DNA of 64,000 nt, from assembly GCA_044226015.1 (NCBI GenBank), contig JBGAHS010000005.1:288001-352000 (forward strand), in the 5' to 3' direction. Numbering within the stretch: position 1 is the stretch's first letter; the number at the start of each line of letters is the position of its first letter. The position numbers were made by a program, and so were the translations under genes. The notes beneath the pieces were generated by a model, which was given only the letters and a program-made list of their open reading frames with translations, was not told where the DNA came from and did not search any database. Of the stretch, positions 1 to 11,679 are shown piece after piece. The DNA comes from Candidatus Obscuribacteraceae bacterium (GTDB lineage: Bacteria > Cyanobacteriota > Vampirovibrionia > Obscuribacterales > Obscuribacteraceae).

Positions 1-1
1 G

Positions 2-157
2 CCCTTCATGATTGCTTTCTTGTATGCATGCACGGATGAATGGCATCAATCTTTTGTGCCTGGGCGAAGCGCCGCATTCTCAGATGTAGTTGTCGACAGC
101 ACAGGTATTTTGTTTGCAGCATGTGTTGTTGCTTTTCTTGCTATTTCTCGGAAATAA
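2..157 (+). CDS. VanZ family membrane protein, C-terminal part (truncated by window start)
   Basis: Frame 2 reads ...FLYACTDEWHQSFVPGRSAAFSDVVVDSTG..., the VanZ DExHQxFxPGR...D..D..G motif; stop TAA at 155-157. Not in the ORF track. Confidence 0.85.
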   Translation, partial: PFMIAFLYACTDEWHQSFVPGRSAAFSDVVVDSTGILFAACVVAFLAISRK

Positions 158-281
158 ATCAGTTTCGGAACTGGTGGAGAATATTGTCGGTTCAGTCCAA
201 AGTTTGGATCACCTTGAAGTTTCACATTAAATTTACCATCCCTGCTTACTATCAACTAAGTGGGGCTGGCGGGGTTGGGTT

Positions 282-1736
282 ATGAGTATTTCATCAGAGA
301 GTAGGTCCAGAGATTCTGCCAATACACGAGGTGATGATTCTATTGCTAGTGGAGGACTTTCACAAGCCAGCGAGCGGTTTCGTCTCGACATTCCTGACCT
401 ATTCGCTGGAAGTGGAACTGGTAAGGGCAGGACAGAATCACAGAGCCGTGAGCCTGTTCAGTTAGCGCATGCTGGACATGCAAATAATGATTACGGGGCT
501 ACTTTGCTCCGTTCTGCTGGAGATAAAAACGGTTCCGAAAATGCAGCTTCAGGCGCTAAGCCAGAGCAGGCTCAAATTGGGAGAACTAATTCTAGCGAAA
601 GGGGAGACCGAGTAAATGAGCGTCTTGCTGAAAAACAGTTTTCTGAGTTTGCTAAAAACAACGGACTTGATCTCAAAGTAGGTCCTGATAAGAAAATTGA
701 ATTTAGCCTGGTGAGGAGCGGAGAAAAAGTTGTTATTGGAAATGTCGAACCCACAAAGGCGGGCTTGCAGGAGATCAGCAAGACTGTTAAAGAGATGACG
801 GAACTGAAGAAATGGGATTTGGAACAGCGCTTAGGAACTCAATTTGCTAAGCCCGGAGGCGACCTCTCTGTTCATCAGCAAGTTCCGCAGAAAGATGGTT
901 CTACCAAATCTGGTCAAAAATTAGAATTAAGAGAGCCTCGCTTATCCGAATTGATGGGAATTGAAGCCGCACTTGAAAAAGCGAATCCGTCACATAAGGC
1001 CGAAGATGGCGCCCGACCTCTGACATTTTACTTCTTGAAAGACAAGACCTTTTATCAGGGAGCCGGTGGAGTTGCCACTTTCGAGCCGAATATAAATGGT
1101 GGTCCAGCCGTGGTTGTCGAACCCAAATCGCTTGTGAATTCTCCAATAACCGAGCAAGAACGGAAGAATAATGATTTTACAGCACACCGAAGCATTGCAA
1201 GCGTCATAACCCATGAACTCGCTCATCATACTGAAGAGCGTATAAATCCTACGCTGAAGGATAAAACTGAGACTTACCGGCAGATTGGGTGGACTCCAAT
1301 TCCTGGTAAACCTGCTTCTGCTGGTGGTGAGCAACATTGGATGTTAAAAGGACCCAATGGTGAAGGATACGCTCCTGCTGGACTTGCAAAAGGAGATTGG
1401 ATTCGTTTCGATGCAAACGGAAAACGACTCGGCAAGATTAGCCCTGAGCAAGCAGCGAATTTAGCGCTAGTTAAACCGTCTACAAAGTACTTTGAAGGTC
1501 CCCATGAAATGTTAGCCGAAGGTCTTACGATGCTTAGAATTGGCGATAGCCATCGCTCTCATTTAATGAACCGCGATCAATCGCTTTACCAGACCATTAA
1601 GGCAGCTGACCAGAAAGACATCGATAAGAGCTACGGAGCGGGACAGTTTATGCGTTCCTATTCTGGTCATGTTGTTCCAAGAAATGCCGAGAATCTTAGA
1701 GCGCTTCAGCAAAGAGAAATGCAAGAGCGCAGATAG
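282..1736 (+). CDS. Putative zincin metallopeptidase, effector-like, with disordered N-terminus
   Basis: 484 aa; THELAHH (HExxH) followed ~95 aa later by Y-x5-EMLAE, resembling anthrax-LF/Pro-Pro-endopeptidase-type zincins; no signal peptide. Confidence 0.65.
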   Translation: MSISSESRSRDSANTRGDDSIASGGLSQASERFRLDIPDLFAGSGTGKGRTESQSREPVQLAHAGHANNDYGATLLRSAGDKNGSENAASGAKPEQAQIGRTNSSERGDRVNERLAEKQFSEFAKNNGLDLKVGPDKKIEFSLVRSGEKVVIGNVEPTKAGLQEISKTVKEMTELKKWDLEQRLGTQFAKPGGDLSVHQQVPQKDGSTKSGQKLELREPRLSELMGIEAALEKANPSHKAEDGARPLTFYFLKDKTFYQGAGGVATFEPNINGGPAVVVEPKSLVNSPITEQERKNNDFTAHRSIASVITHELAHHTEERINPTLKDKTETYRQIGWTPIPGKPASAGGEQHWMLKGPNGEGYAPAGLAKGDWIRFDANGKRLGKISPEQAANLALVKPSTKYFEGPHEMLAEGLTMLRIGDSHRSHLMNRDQSLYQTIKAADQKDIDKSYGAGQFMRSYSGHVVPRNAENLRALQQREMQERR

Positions 1737-1808
1737 AATAGTTCTCTGCTAAAAGAACATGTTGCTTCCTCCACAAGCATGTAAAATGCCTTTTGAGAGG
1801 AGAAAAAT

Positions 1809-2264
1809 ATGCCAAATCATATTTTGATTGAGCGAAGCTTCAAGTTGCCTTCCTGGAATGAATTTGTTATAGATAAAATTCATAGATATTGGAAAACGCA
1901 AAAGTTCAGCCTGAGGGAGAAGTCTCGCTATTCGATTCGTGGATGGAGAGGCAGCCTTTTTGGCAATTGTTTTTCTTTTGATATGAAAAACTTGATGGCT
2001 GAAATCCAGATTGATTGGAACAGTGAAAGATGCGAGCTTGCTGTAAAGCTGCGAGTCAATACCATGATGCAGGTAATGACTGAGTGGAATGAGGAATTTT
2101 TGAAGTTGGAACTTGATACTTTCGAGAGTTACTTGCTTAATAGCGATATGAAGGAAGCAATGTGGCAGCGATTTATTGAAGCTTATAACAAGGCTGGTGG
2201 TTCCTGGATTATGACCCAGGGTAAGGAAGGAACAAAAATTCGTCCAGAAGATCGAACCTGGTAA
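1809..2264 (+). CDS. Hypothetical protein (candidate immunity/partner of upstream peptidase)
   Basis: 151 aa; strong SD GAGGAG before ATG; Trp/aromatic-rich; no family recognised. Confidence 0.7.
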   Translation: MPNHILIERSFKLPSWNEFVIDKIHRYWKTQKFSLREKSRYSIRGWRGSLFGNCFSFDMKNLMAEIQIDWNSERCELAVKLRVNTMMQVMTEWNEEFLKLELDTFESYLLNSDMKEAMWQRFIEAYNKAGGSWIMTQGKEGTKIRPEDRTW

Positions 2265-2485
2265 TAGATGAGATCCGCGGGAATCTGATGCTTTCATAAG
2301 GAATGCTCTCGTGAAGAGCCTTTGAAGTTTTGATGTCTAGAGCAGGTCGTCTGTTTAGAATCCAATTTGCTGGTGGTATAGTCTAGTCCCGATTTTGGAG
2401 ACTTCCATGAACTCTGCATCAAAACAACGAGATCATTCGTTCATTCGAAGGTGCCGGTTCTAAGGTAAACGATAAATCAAATGTA

Positions 2486-2728
2486 TTGGGTCCCAATTGG
2501 ACTCCTGGTAAAGATGGTGGGCAGAACCCTACAACGCTGCTAAAAGAGATGAAGCAAGAAAATAAGCGCGAGCAAAGGCAGTACAGGCAGACAATGGAGC
2601 AGAACATTGAACAGCAGCAGCTTGATTACGAGAAAAAGACTATTGAAAAACTAAAAGATCAGCGTAAAGGTATTTTAGGTGACGAGACTGAACTGAAGCA
2701 AGAGCGCAAGGAATCGGGGTCTGATTAG
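2486..2728 (+). CDS. Small charged coiled-coil hypothetical protein (start uncertain)
   Basis: E/Q/K-rich helical ORF; frame is open back to 2411; the SD-linked ATG at 2407 is in another frame. Confidence 0.5.
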   Translation: MGPNWTPGKDGGQNPTTLLKEMKQENKREQRQYRQTMEQNIEQQQLDYEKKTIEKLKDQRKGILGDETELKQERKESGSD

Positions 2729-2895
2729 GACCATTTGATATTTGTCGCCATCGCCCCCGAATGTCGTGAATTCTTCAACTTGGATTATGTAGGCTTCGAT
2801 GTACGGATGCCTCGTTGATTCAAACATAATAGAGTGGGTATAGTAAGTTTAGCCCCCCACTCTGTTAATTACTCGTTGAAACAAACGGGGGCTTA

Positions 2896-4740
2896 ATGTC
2901 GTATTCACAAGAAAATGTTCCGCCTGTTATACAGGAAATTGCAGCGCAACTTCCTTCAGAGTACAGCGTTGTAGAGTTCCTTGGCGAAGGTGCACACGGC
3001 ATTGTTCTTAAGGCTCGCCATAAAACCCTTCAGCATTTTGTTGCATTGAAAATCATCAAAACTGATGGTTCTTCGGACATGCAAAAGCAGATTTTGCGCA
3101 TGCAAAATGAGGCAAAGGTTTTGGCTAGATTGTCACACCAGAACATAGTGCAGATCTACCAGATGGGTGCTTGCTCAGACGGCACACCTTTTCTTGTTTG
3201 TGAGTATATCGAGGGCGTGACGCTGGCGCAAATTTTAGCCACTGAGGAAACGCTCAGCCCTCGAAAAGTATTGGAGATATTCACCCAGATTCTTGATGCC
3301 TTAGACTGCGCGCACCTTAATGGGCTACTTCATCGAGACCTCAAGCCAGGCAATGTAATGATAATTGTCGATCAAGAAACGGGAAGTCTGCATGTTAAGT
3401 TGTTAGATTTTGGCATTGCTCGCGAACTTAGCAGCGGTGAGGCAAAGTTGAATCTGACGAGAACAATTCAATTGTCTGGTAGCGCCCCATACATGAGCCC
3501 TGAACAGTGCCGAGGTGGAAAGCTCGACGCACGGTCTGATTTGTATTCAGTAGCTTGTATGCTATACGAGTGTCTTTGCGGTACGCCACCATTCGTTGGT
3601 GAAACTCCGATGCATACCCGATATTTGCAGATTCACCAGCAAGCGACGCTGCCGTCTGCAGGGAAATTTGAAAATACAGGCAGCCGTGCAGCTGTTTTTG
3701 CTTTGACATTGCAGGCTTTAGCTAAAGACATGGACTCCAGACCCGAGTCAGCACGCCTGTTTAAATCCAGTTTGATTGAATCGCTTCCGGGCGCCGCGAA
3801 ACGAAATGCGTGGACAAGCAAAACTCATAAGAGAGGGACTTTCTTAGCGACTACCCTGTTCTTGTGTATTGTTGCTGCTGGAGCCTATTTCGTTCATTCG
3901 AAGGATGTTTCAATGAAAATCTCTGTTGCTTCAGTGAAAACAAAGCCTTCACTCCGCCACCAATCTCCTAAGCAGCAACTCGCTCAACTGATACTGCAGA
4001 AAGAAAAATTTGTCTACACAGGTTATGCTGACTGTAATGAGAAGGCGCTTCGACTGAGGCACGACATTTTGGAGACACTCAAGAAAATATCGCCAAAAGA
4101 GCGTGGCATTCTGTATATGGGATATCGGACTGTTGCCTCAATTGAAACTCGTCTTGGTCTTCAGGACAACGAGGCAACCTGGAAAAAAGCACTCTCATTT
4201 TGCAAATTGTCAAATGGTGAGTACACAGTTGAGGCCTCGGACTGTTACGACAATCTGTCTGAAATTTATTTGGGTAGAAGAGAATACGATAAAGCTCAGA
4301 GCATGATTGGAACGGGAATAAAGCATGTACGCTTGCGAGAAAAGAAAATTGTAAATTTTGATTTGCCCACACTCTTAGACTTTAGAACAGGTCTTCATTA
4401 TCTCCCGATGCTGCGCCGTCGGGCAGAATTAGAATCAATACGCGGTGAAACTTCAAAGGTACTTGCTGATTTGTGCGAACTGGAAGAGTGCGAATTCAGA
4501 GATGGTAATCTCGACCTGGCTATTATGGATGAAGGAGCCATCATTAGCCTGTGGACTCAGTTTGGCCAGACAAGCAAAATTAAACCGTTTCTTCAACGAC
4601 GTATTGAGGGAATTGACTTAACCAACCGCGCAGACGCTAATAACAAGGCGAAAGCCTTTTTGCTGATCCAGCGGCACCTTGTGGATTTTCCTGATTTGAA
4701 AAAGAATGCGCAGGAACTTCATCGCCACTATAAGCTGTGA
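2896..4740 (+). CDS. Hanks-type Ser/Thr protein kinase with TM segment and TPR-like C-terminus
   Basis: GEGAHG, VALK, HRDLKPGN, DFG, YMSPEQ and DLYS motifs; hydrophobic FLATTLFLCIVAAGAYF. Confidence 0.92.
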   Translation: MSYSQENVPPVIQEIAAQLPSEYSVVEFLGEGAHGIVLKARHKTLQHFVALKIIKTDGSSDMQKQILRMQNEAKVLARLSHQNIVQIYQMGACSDGTPFLVCEYIEGVTLAQILATEETLSPRKVLEIFTQILDALDCAHLNGLLHRDLKPGNVMIIVDQETGSLHVKLLDFGIARELSSGEAKLNLTRTIQLSGSAPYMSPEQCRGGKLDARSDLYSVACMLYECLCGTPPFVGETPMHTRYLQIHQQATLPSAGKFENTGSRAAVFALTLQALAKDMDSRPESARLFKSSLIESLPGAAKRNAWTSKTHKRGTFLATTLFLCIVAAGAYFVHSKDVSMKISVASVKTKPSLRHQSPKQQLAQLILQKEKFVYTGYADCNEKALRLRHDILETLKKISPKERGILYMGYRTVASIETRLGLQDNEATWKKALSFCKLSNGEYTVEASDCYDNLSEIYLGRREYDKAQSMIGTGIKHVRLREKKIVNFDLPTLLDFRTGLHYLPMLRRRAELESIRGETSKVLADLCELEECEFRDGNLDLAIMDEGAIISLWTQFGQTSKIKPFLQRRIEGIDLTNRADANNKAKAFLLIQRHLVDFPDLKKNAQELHRHYKL

Positions 4741-4849
4741 GCTGCACGCTCGCGCTGTGAAAAATTTCGCTAGCTCCTTGAACAAAATATTGCAATTCGT
4801 TCATGGGTATATTTTGCAGGAGTTCCTTCTTCAAAGACGAAAATTATCA

Positions 4850-7469
<2,620 letters not shown>

Positions 7470-7693
7470 GGCTTTGTCCTTCCGATACAGTCGAAGTTCC
7501 ATCTATATCCGCTGCTCGCTAAATTTTACGAGCTTGGCATTGTTTGGCGGCATGATTTTTGTCTTGAATAATTTCATCATCAAGCGTATGCGTCTAATGT
7601 CTAGAGAGAGCATTTGAGTCCGATAAGCAGCCAGCTGCTTGAATCTACAACACTACGGGTATACTTAGCCTGTCGGCTCAGAGGATTTGCAGA

Positions 7694-8263
7694 ATGTCTC
7701 ATGAAGAACTCATCAATCGGCTGATCGAAAAGGTTCAGAAAGAGGGTTTGGCAGAAGACTACCCGCCATTAGATGAAGAAACCGTGGCTGAATGTGAGAA
7801 GGCAATTAACGTAAAGCTTCCTGATCTGGTGCGGCAATTTTATTCTCGTGTTGCGAATGGCTGCGTTATCAACGATTTCATGGTTATGTTGCCGCTTTAT
7901 GATGAGAGCGATACAGAAGAAGATGTGGTGAGTACTTATGTAAGTATGCTCGAAGCTTCGGAAGAGATTATTGAAGACTTTGATGAAGAAGAAGGCGATG
8001 TCCAGCTTGAGTGGATTCCGGGAATGCTCATCATTTGTGACCAGGGGTGCGGAATGCGAACCGTATTAGACTGCAATGACCCTGCCGGAAGAATGGTAGA
8101 AGTCGATTTTGATATGGGTCCTGTGAATTACAAGGAAGAATGGGAGTCTGATACAGGTTACTTCAATCGCCCTGGTGTTTCCTTCGAAGATTGGCTGAAA
8201 GCGTGGCTTGAGGACAAAGCCCTCTCGTCAGGCTCGAACGGCTCGTCCGAGTCGGAAAATTGA
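7694..8263 (+). CDS. SMI1/KNR4 (SUKH) family protein, very acidic
   Basis: PPLDEETVAECEKAINVKLPDLVRQFY...NG and I.DQGCG...LDC motifs; SD GAGG. Confidence 0.85.
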   Translation: MSHEELINRLIEKVQKEGLAEDYPPLDEETVAECEKAINVKLPDLVRQFYSRVANGCVINDFMVMLPLYDESDTEEDVVSTYVSMLEASEEIIEDFDEEEGDVQLEWIPGMLIICDQGCGMRTVLDCNDPAGRMVEVDFDMGPVNYKEEWESDTGYFNRPGVSFEDWLKAWLEDKALSSGSNGSSESEN

Positions 8264-8279
8264 ATAGATACACATGGAG

Positions 8280-8316
8280 AAAAGGTCGAACCGAATTGAA
8301 ACAGGTTCGACCTTTT
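8280..8316. terminator. Bidirectional intrinsic terminator
   Basis: AAAAGGTCGAACC-11 nt-GGTTCGACCTTTT between convergent genes. Confidence 0.75.
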
Positions 8317-8345
8317 AATTCTAGCGTTCTTAGCGAATCGCTTTT

Positions 8346-9320
8346 CTATTTCGTTTCGCTCGTCAAATCCTGCTGATCACTCACGAAGATTTGTCCATTC
8401 GCGTCGAGGCTCAACTTCAATCGAATGTTGACCGGGGTGGCGAGTTTTGGATCATTAGCATTGGTCATTTGTGCATGGACATCTACCTGCACGTTGCTCT
8501 CATCAAGACGTTCTTGCTTCATTTCGGTAATCAAAATGTTTGCGCCTTGTGGTGCTTTTGCCAGCTGGCGTCTCGACAATGGGAAGTTTGTTTGTGTCCA
8601 ATAACGCTCCATCAGATCAGGAGACATCGCTGCCATCGCTTGAACTTGTGAGATGCGATATGTCTTTGAAGTGAAGTCGAGCATCTTAGCCACAAAGTCT
8701 CTGACGAATCCATCGACTTTCACTCTTTCAAATGGGTCAACTACAGGAGCCACCACCTGTGGTTTTTCAACCAGCTTCATAGCCCCGATACCAGCACCAA
8801 TACCAAGCACAAACACGCTGAGCGCTACGCCTACAATTGGAACCATGAAAGTACGGAGTACAGAAGCGAGCATTAGCTTCATCGGCATCTTGGTCTTGCC
8901 TGAAGCTGGGGATTCTGCAAGGTCCTCTTCTGTGGAAGCTTTCTTGCTTTCGTCCGATTCAAACAGTTTTGATGCTCCGCGTCTTCTACGTGAACTGCGG
9001 GATCGGAATTCTTCAATTAAGGAATCTGATTCAGTCTCTTCGGAGCTCAAACTCGTAGATAATATTCTTGACAATTTGAGCGACTCATCAGGAGTCAGTG
9101 AGACCGAACTGCTCGGCGGTGTGCCAATGTTTCTCTTGATTGAAAGTGCTAATCTATCGCCGATCTTCTTGATAACTACCAGAAATCCTGATTGCGTATC
9201 TACAACACGCTCTGTAGTCGTCGGTGATGTTGCCACCATATCAGGCATATCGAAAATATGTCCGCTGCTGTCTCCTGAGAAAGGAGCTGCCGGTGATGTC
9301 TGGTCTTCAGAGTAACTCAT
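8346..9320 (-). CDS. Single-pass membrane protein with putative VirB8/NTF2-like C-terminal domain
   Basis: ATG 9320 with SD GAGGG (ORF open to 9401); TM IVGVALSVFVLGIGAGIGAM; C-terminal V..FVRDFV..M.DF...Y helix followed by a beta-meander. Domain call is by pattern only. Confidence 0.55.
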   Translation of the reverse strand: MSYSEDQTSPAAPFSGDSSGHIFDMPDMVATSPTTTERVVDTQSGFLVVIKKIGDRLALSIKRNIGTPPSSSVSLTPDESLKLSRILSTSLSSEETESDSLIEEFRSRSSRRRRGASKLFESDESKKASTEEDLAESPASGKTKMPMKLMLASVLRTFMVPIVGVALSVFVLGIGAGIGAMKLVEKPQVVAPVVDPFERVKVDGFVRDFVAKMLDFTSKTYRISQVQAMAAMSPDLMERYWTQTNFPLSRRQLAKAPQGANILITEMKQERLDESNVQVDVHAQMTNANDPKLATPVNIRLKLSLDANGQIFVSDQQDLTSETK

Positions 9321-9463
9321 AAACCCTCGATTGCCCGTGTGCCGGTGCTTACCCAACCTAACTATACTTTCGTATATCTGGATATTATAAGGGCGATGCA
9401 TCGCATCGCCCCCACAATTTTTATATATTCTCTTGGAATGAGATTAGATCTCACTGCTCGAAT

Positions 9464-10486
9464 TTAGAGATATTCTCTCAGGCGTGAAGATCTGCCTGGC
9501 TGTCTCAGCTTTCTGAGTGCCTTGAATTCGATCTGGCGCACACGTTCGCGAGTAACAGCAAATAGCTGCCCTACTTCTTCAAGTGTACGTTGACGTCCAT
9601 CATCGAGACCGAAGCGCAGGCGAAGCACATCGCGCTCACGTGGTGTGAGTTCGTTGAGCATGCGAGCAAGGTCTTGTCTCAACAGTTCATGAGTAACTGT
9701 TGTTTCTGGACGCTCTGCTTCAGAGTCTTCAATGAAATCACCAAGTCTGGAATCTTCTTCCTTACCGATTGGTGTTTCCAACGAAATTGGTTCTTTTGCA
9801 GCTTTGATGATTTCGTGCAATTTGACGAGTGAAACACCCATCGATTTTGCGAGTTCTTGTTCAGTTGGTTTGCGGTTCAATTCTTGAGCCAACTGACGTG
9901 TAACTTTCTTGAGCTTGTTGATAGTTTCAACCATATGCACCGGAACACGGATGGTGCGCGATTTATCAGCAAGTGCTCTGGTGATTGCTTGACGAATCCA
10001 CCAGGTTGCATATGTGGAGAACTTGTATCCACGCTCATGGTCAAACTTTTCTGCAGCTCTAATCAATCCGAGGTTTCCTTCTTGAATAAGATCGAGGAAG
10101 GACAAACCGCGTCCGATGTATTTTTTAGCGATTGAAACAACGAGTCTCAAGTTGGCTTGTACCAACTTTCTCTTTGCCATCATGTCGCCCTGAAGTATCT
10201 TACGAGCGAGTTCGATTTCTTCATCTGGCTTCAACAGTTGAATACGTCCGATTTCTCGTAGATAGAGTCTGACGGAATCTTCGGTAGCGATTTCACGGCT
10301 GGAAGGCAGCTCTACCGGCTCGTCATCATCGTCTAAATCGTTTTCTTCATCATCAATGATGGTGAAGTTATCGCTTTCATCGAGAAGATCGAGCTCTTCC
10401 AATTCGTTTCTTTTCGCGATGTTCTCGTCTTCGACGAGCATCTGGGTCATACCCTTTTCCGCATCAGTAGCTCTAGATTTTGCCAT
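9464..10486 (-). CDS. rpoD: RNA polymerase primary sigma-70 factor (SigA/RpoD)
   Basis: [11 protein letters not shown] (region 1.2), [51 protein letters not shown]...[10 protein letters not shown]. Confidence 0.93.
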   Translation of the reverse strand: MAKSRATDAEKGMTQMLVEDENIAKRNELEELDLLDESDNFTIIDDEENDLDDDDEPVELPSSREIATEDSVRLYLREIGRIQLLKPDEEIELARKILQGDMMAKRKLVQANLRLVVSIAKKYIGRGLSFLDLIQEGNLGLIRAAEKFDHERGYKFSTYATWWIRQAITRALADKSRTIRVPVHMVETINKLKKVTRQLAQELNRKPTEQELAKSMGVSLVKLHEIIKAAKEPISLETPIGKEEDSRLGDFIEDSEAERPETTVTHELLRQDLARMLNELTPRERDVLRLRFGLDDGRQRTLEEVGQLFAVTRERVRQIEFKALRKLRQPGRSSRLREYL

Positions 10487-11190
10487 TGTGTTCCCTCTTA
10501 TAAAATCTGGCCAATGCCAATTTGGCTTCGTAGGTGGTGCGTCGCATCGTGCAACATTTGATATTCAGTTCTCAGATTCGTTTCGGAAGCGCTTTTCTTA
10601 TTTATGGGATCTTCTTGAGATGCTACGAAGCGGGTTTCTCGAGGGAATTTGAATCTGTGTTTTTTGAATTTCAACCTATAGCTCGATAATATGTGCGAGA
10701 AGTGAAAGGGAAGGGTTTCTAAATAGTTCCGTAATGTTTTACTTTGCAACCCTTACACTTATTGCATTTTGGCTTTCCTTGGCAACGCCCGTAATTGAGA
10801 GTATAAGTGCGGGTTTCGGACTGTGCGCGTGCTGTTAAGCTAGATTAATTGAGCGATGAGAGGCGTTTAATAACCCTATCTGATCCGCATGAATACTGCA
10901 TCTTCTTAGATGTAACAAGCTGCTGTTTATCTCATTCTGTGTTATTTTTAAGGACGCTTCAGTCACGAAAAGCAGGATTCTAAGCGGCACTTCAGCTATC
11001 AAACAGATTTGATTCACTGCTTTGTTACCATGATCACATAGCATACATATATAGATGTATGATTTTGCTAGCGCCAGAGAATCCCTAATATAAAGGAATT
11101 GCGGAGGCAAAGCTCACAATTGAGGACTATGCTGAGCGAATAAGTTGTCATGGGGATATAGTTCTTATGTTCATTTTCAGAGGGAGTAAC

Positions 11191-11580
11191 ATGACCAGGA
11201 AACTAGCACCGGTAATTGCAGCATGTCTTTCGTTAGTTACATTGATACCAGCAGCGAAGGCTGAGGATTCAGCCAAAGGTGCCGCGATGATCCCCGTAAG
11301 ACTCGTAGCGTTTGCAGCTGGAGCCGTAGTTGGGACACCGATAGCCGTAGTCCGCTATACCTGCTCCAACACTAAAACAATGAGCGGTCAAATTAGTGGT
11401 GACAACAGCAAGAATCCTTTGCTAAGAGGCACTTGTGCTCTAGCTACGCTTCCTTTTGCTGTGTTCAAAGGTGGTCTTGAAGGAATGTACTATGGCACCG
11501 CAAATAGCTGGTCAAACAGCAGCGAACACCCATTCTCAACTGACTCGTTCAGCCTTGGAGAAATGAAAGACGCTGATTAA
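11191..11580 (+). CDS. Secreted small hypothetical protein
   Basis: ATG 11191 after GGGGAG; signal peptide ending AKA; Gly/Ala-rich helices. Confidence 0.75.
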   Translation: MTRKLAPVIAACLSLVTLIPAAKAEDSAKGAAMIPVRLVAFAAGAVVGTPIAVVRYTCSNTKTMSGQISGDNSKNPLLRGTCALATLPFAVFKGGLEGMYYGTANSWSNSSEHPFSTDSFSLGEMKDAD

Positions 11581-11642
11581 TTGGTTTGTTTAGAGTCAGC
11601 TAATAAACTCAGCTGATGATCATCCATATAAAGATCGATAAT

Positions 11643-11679
11643 AGAAAAAGACTCTGCCGTGGTGGCAGAGTCTTTTTCT
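11643..11679. terminator. Bidirectional intrinsic terminator
   Basis: AGAAAAAGACTCTGCC-GTGGT-GGCAGAGTCTTTTTCT, a perfect 16-bp stem between convergent genes. Confidence 0.9.

Noticed and set aside
1749..2297. 182-aa minus-strand ORF
   Set aside because: Antisense shadow of 1809-2264, which has the strong SD and operon context.
8653..9315. 220-aa plus-strand ORF
   Set aside because: Antisense to 8346-9320 with Ser/Thr-rich shadow composition.
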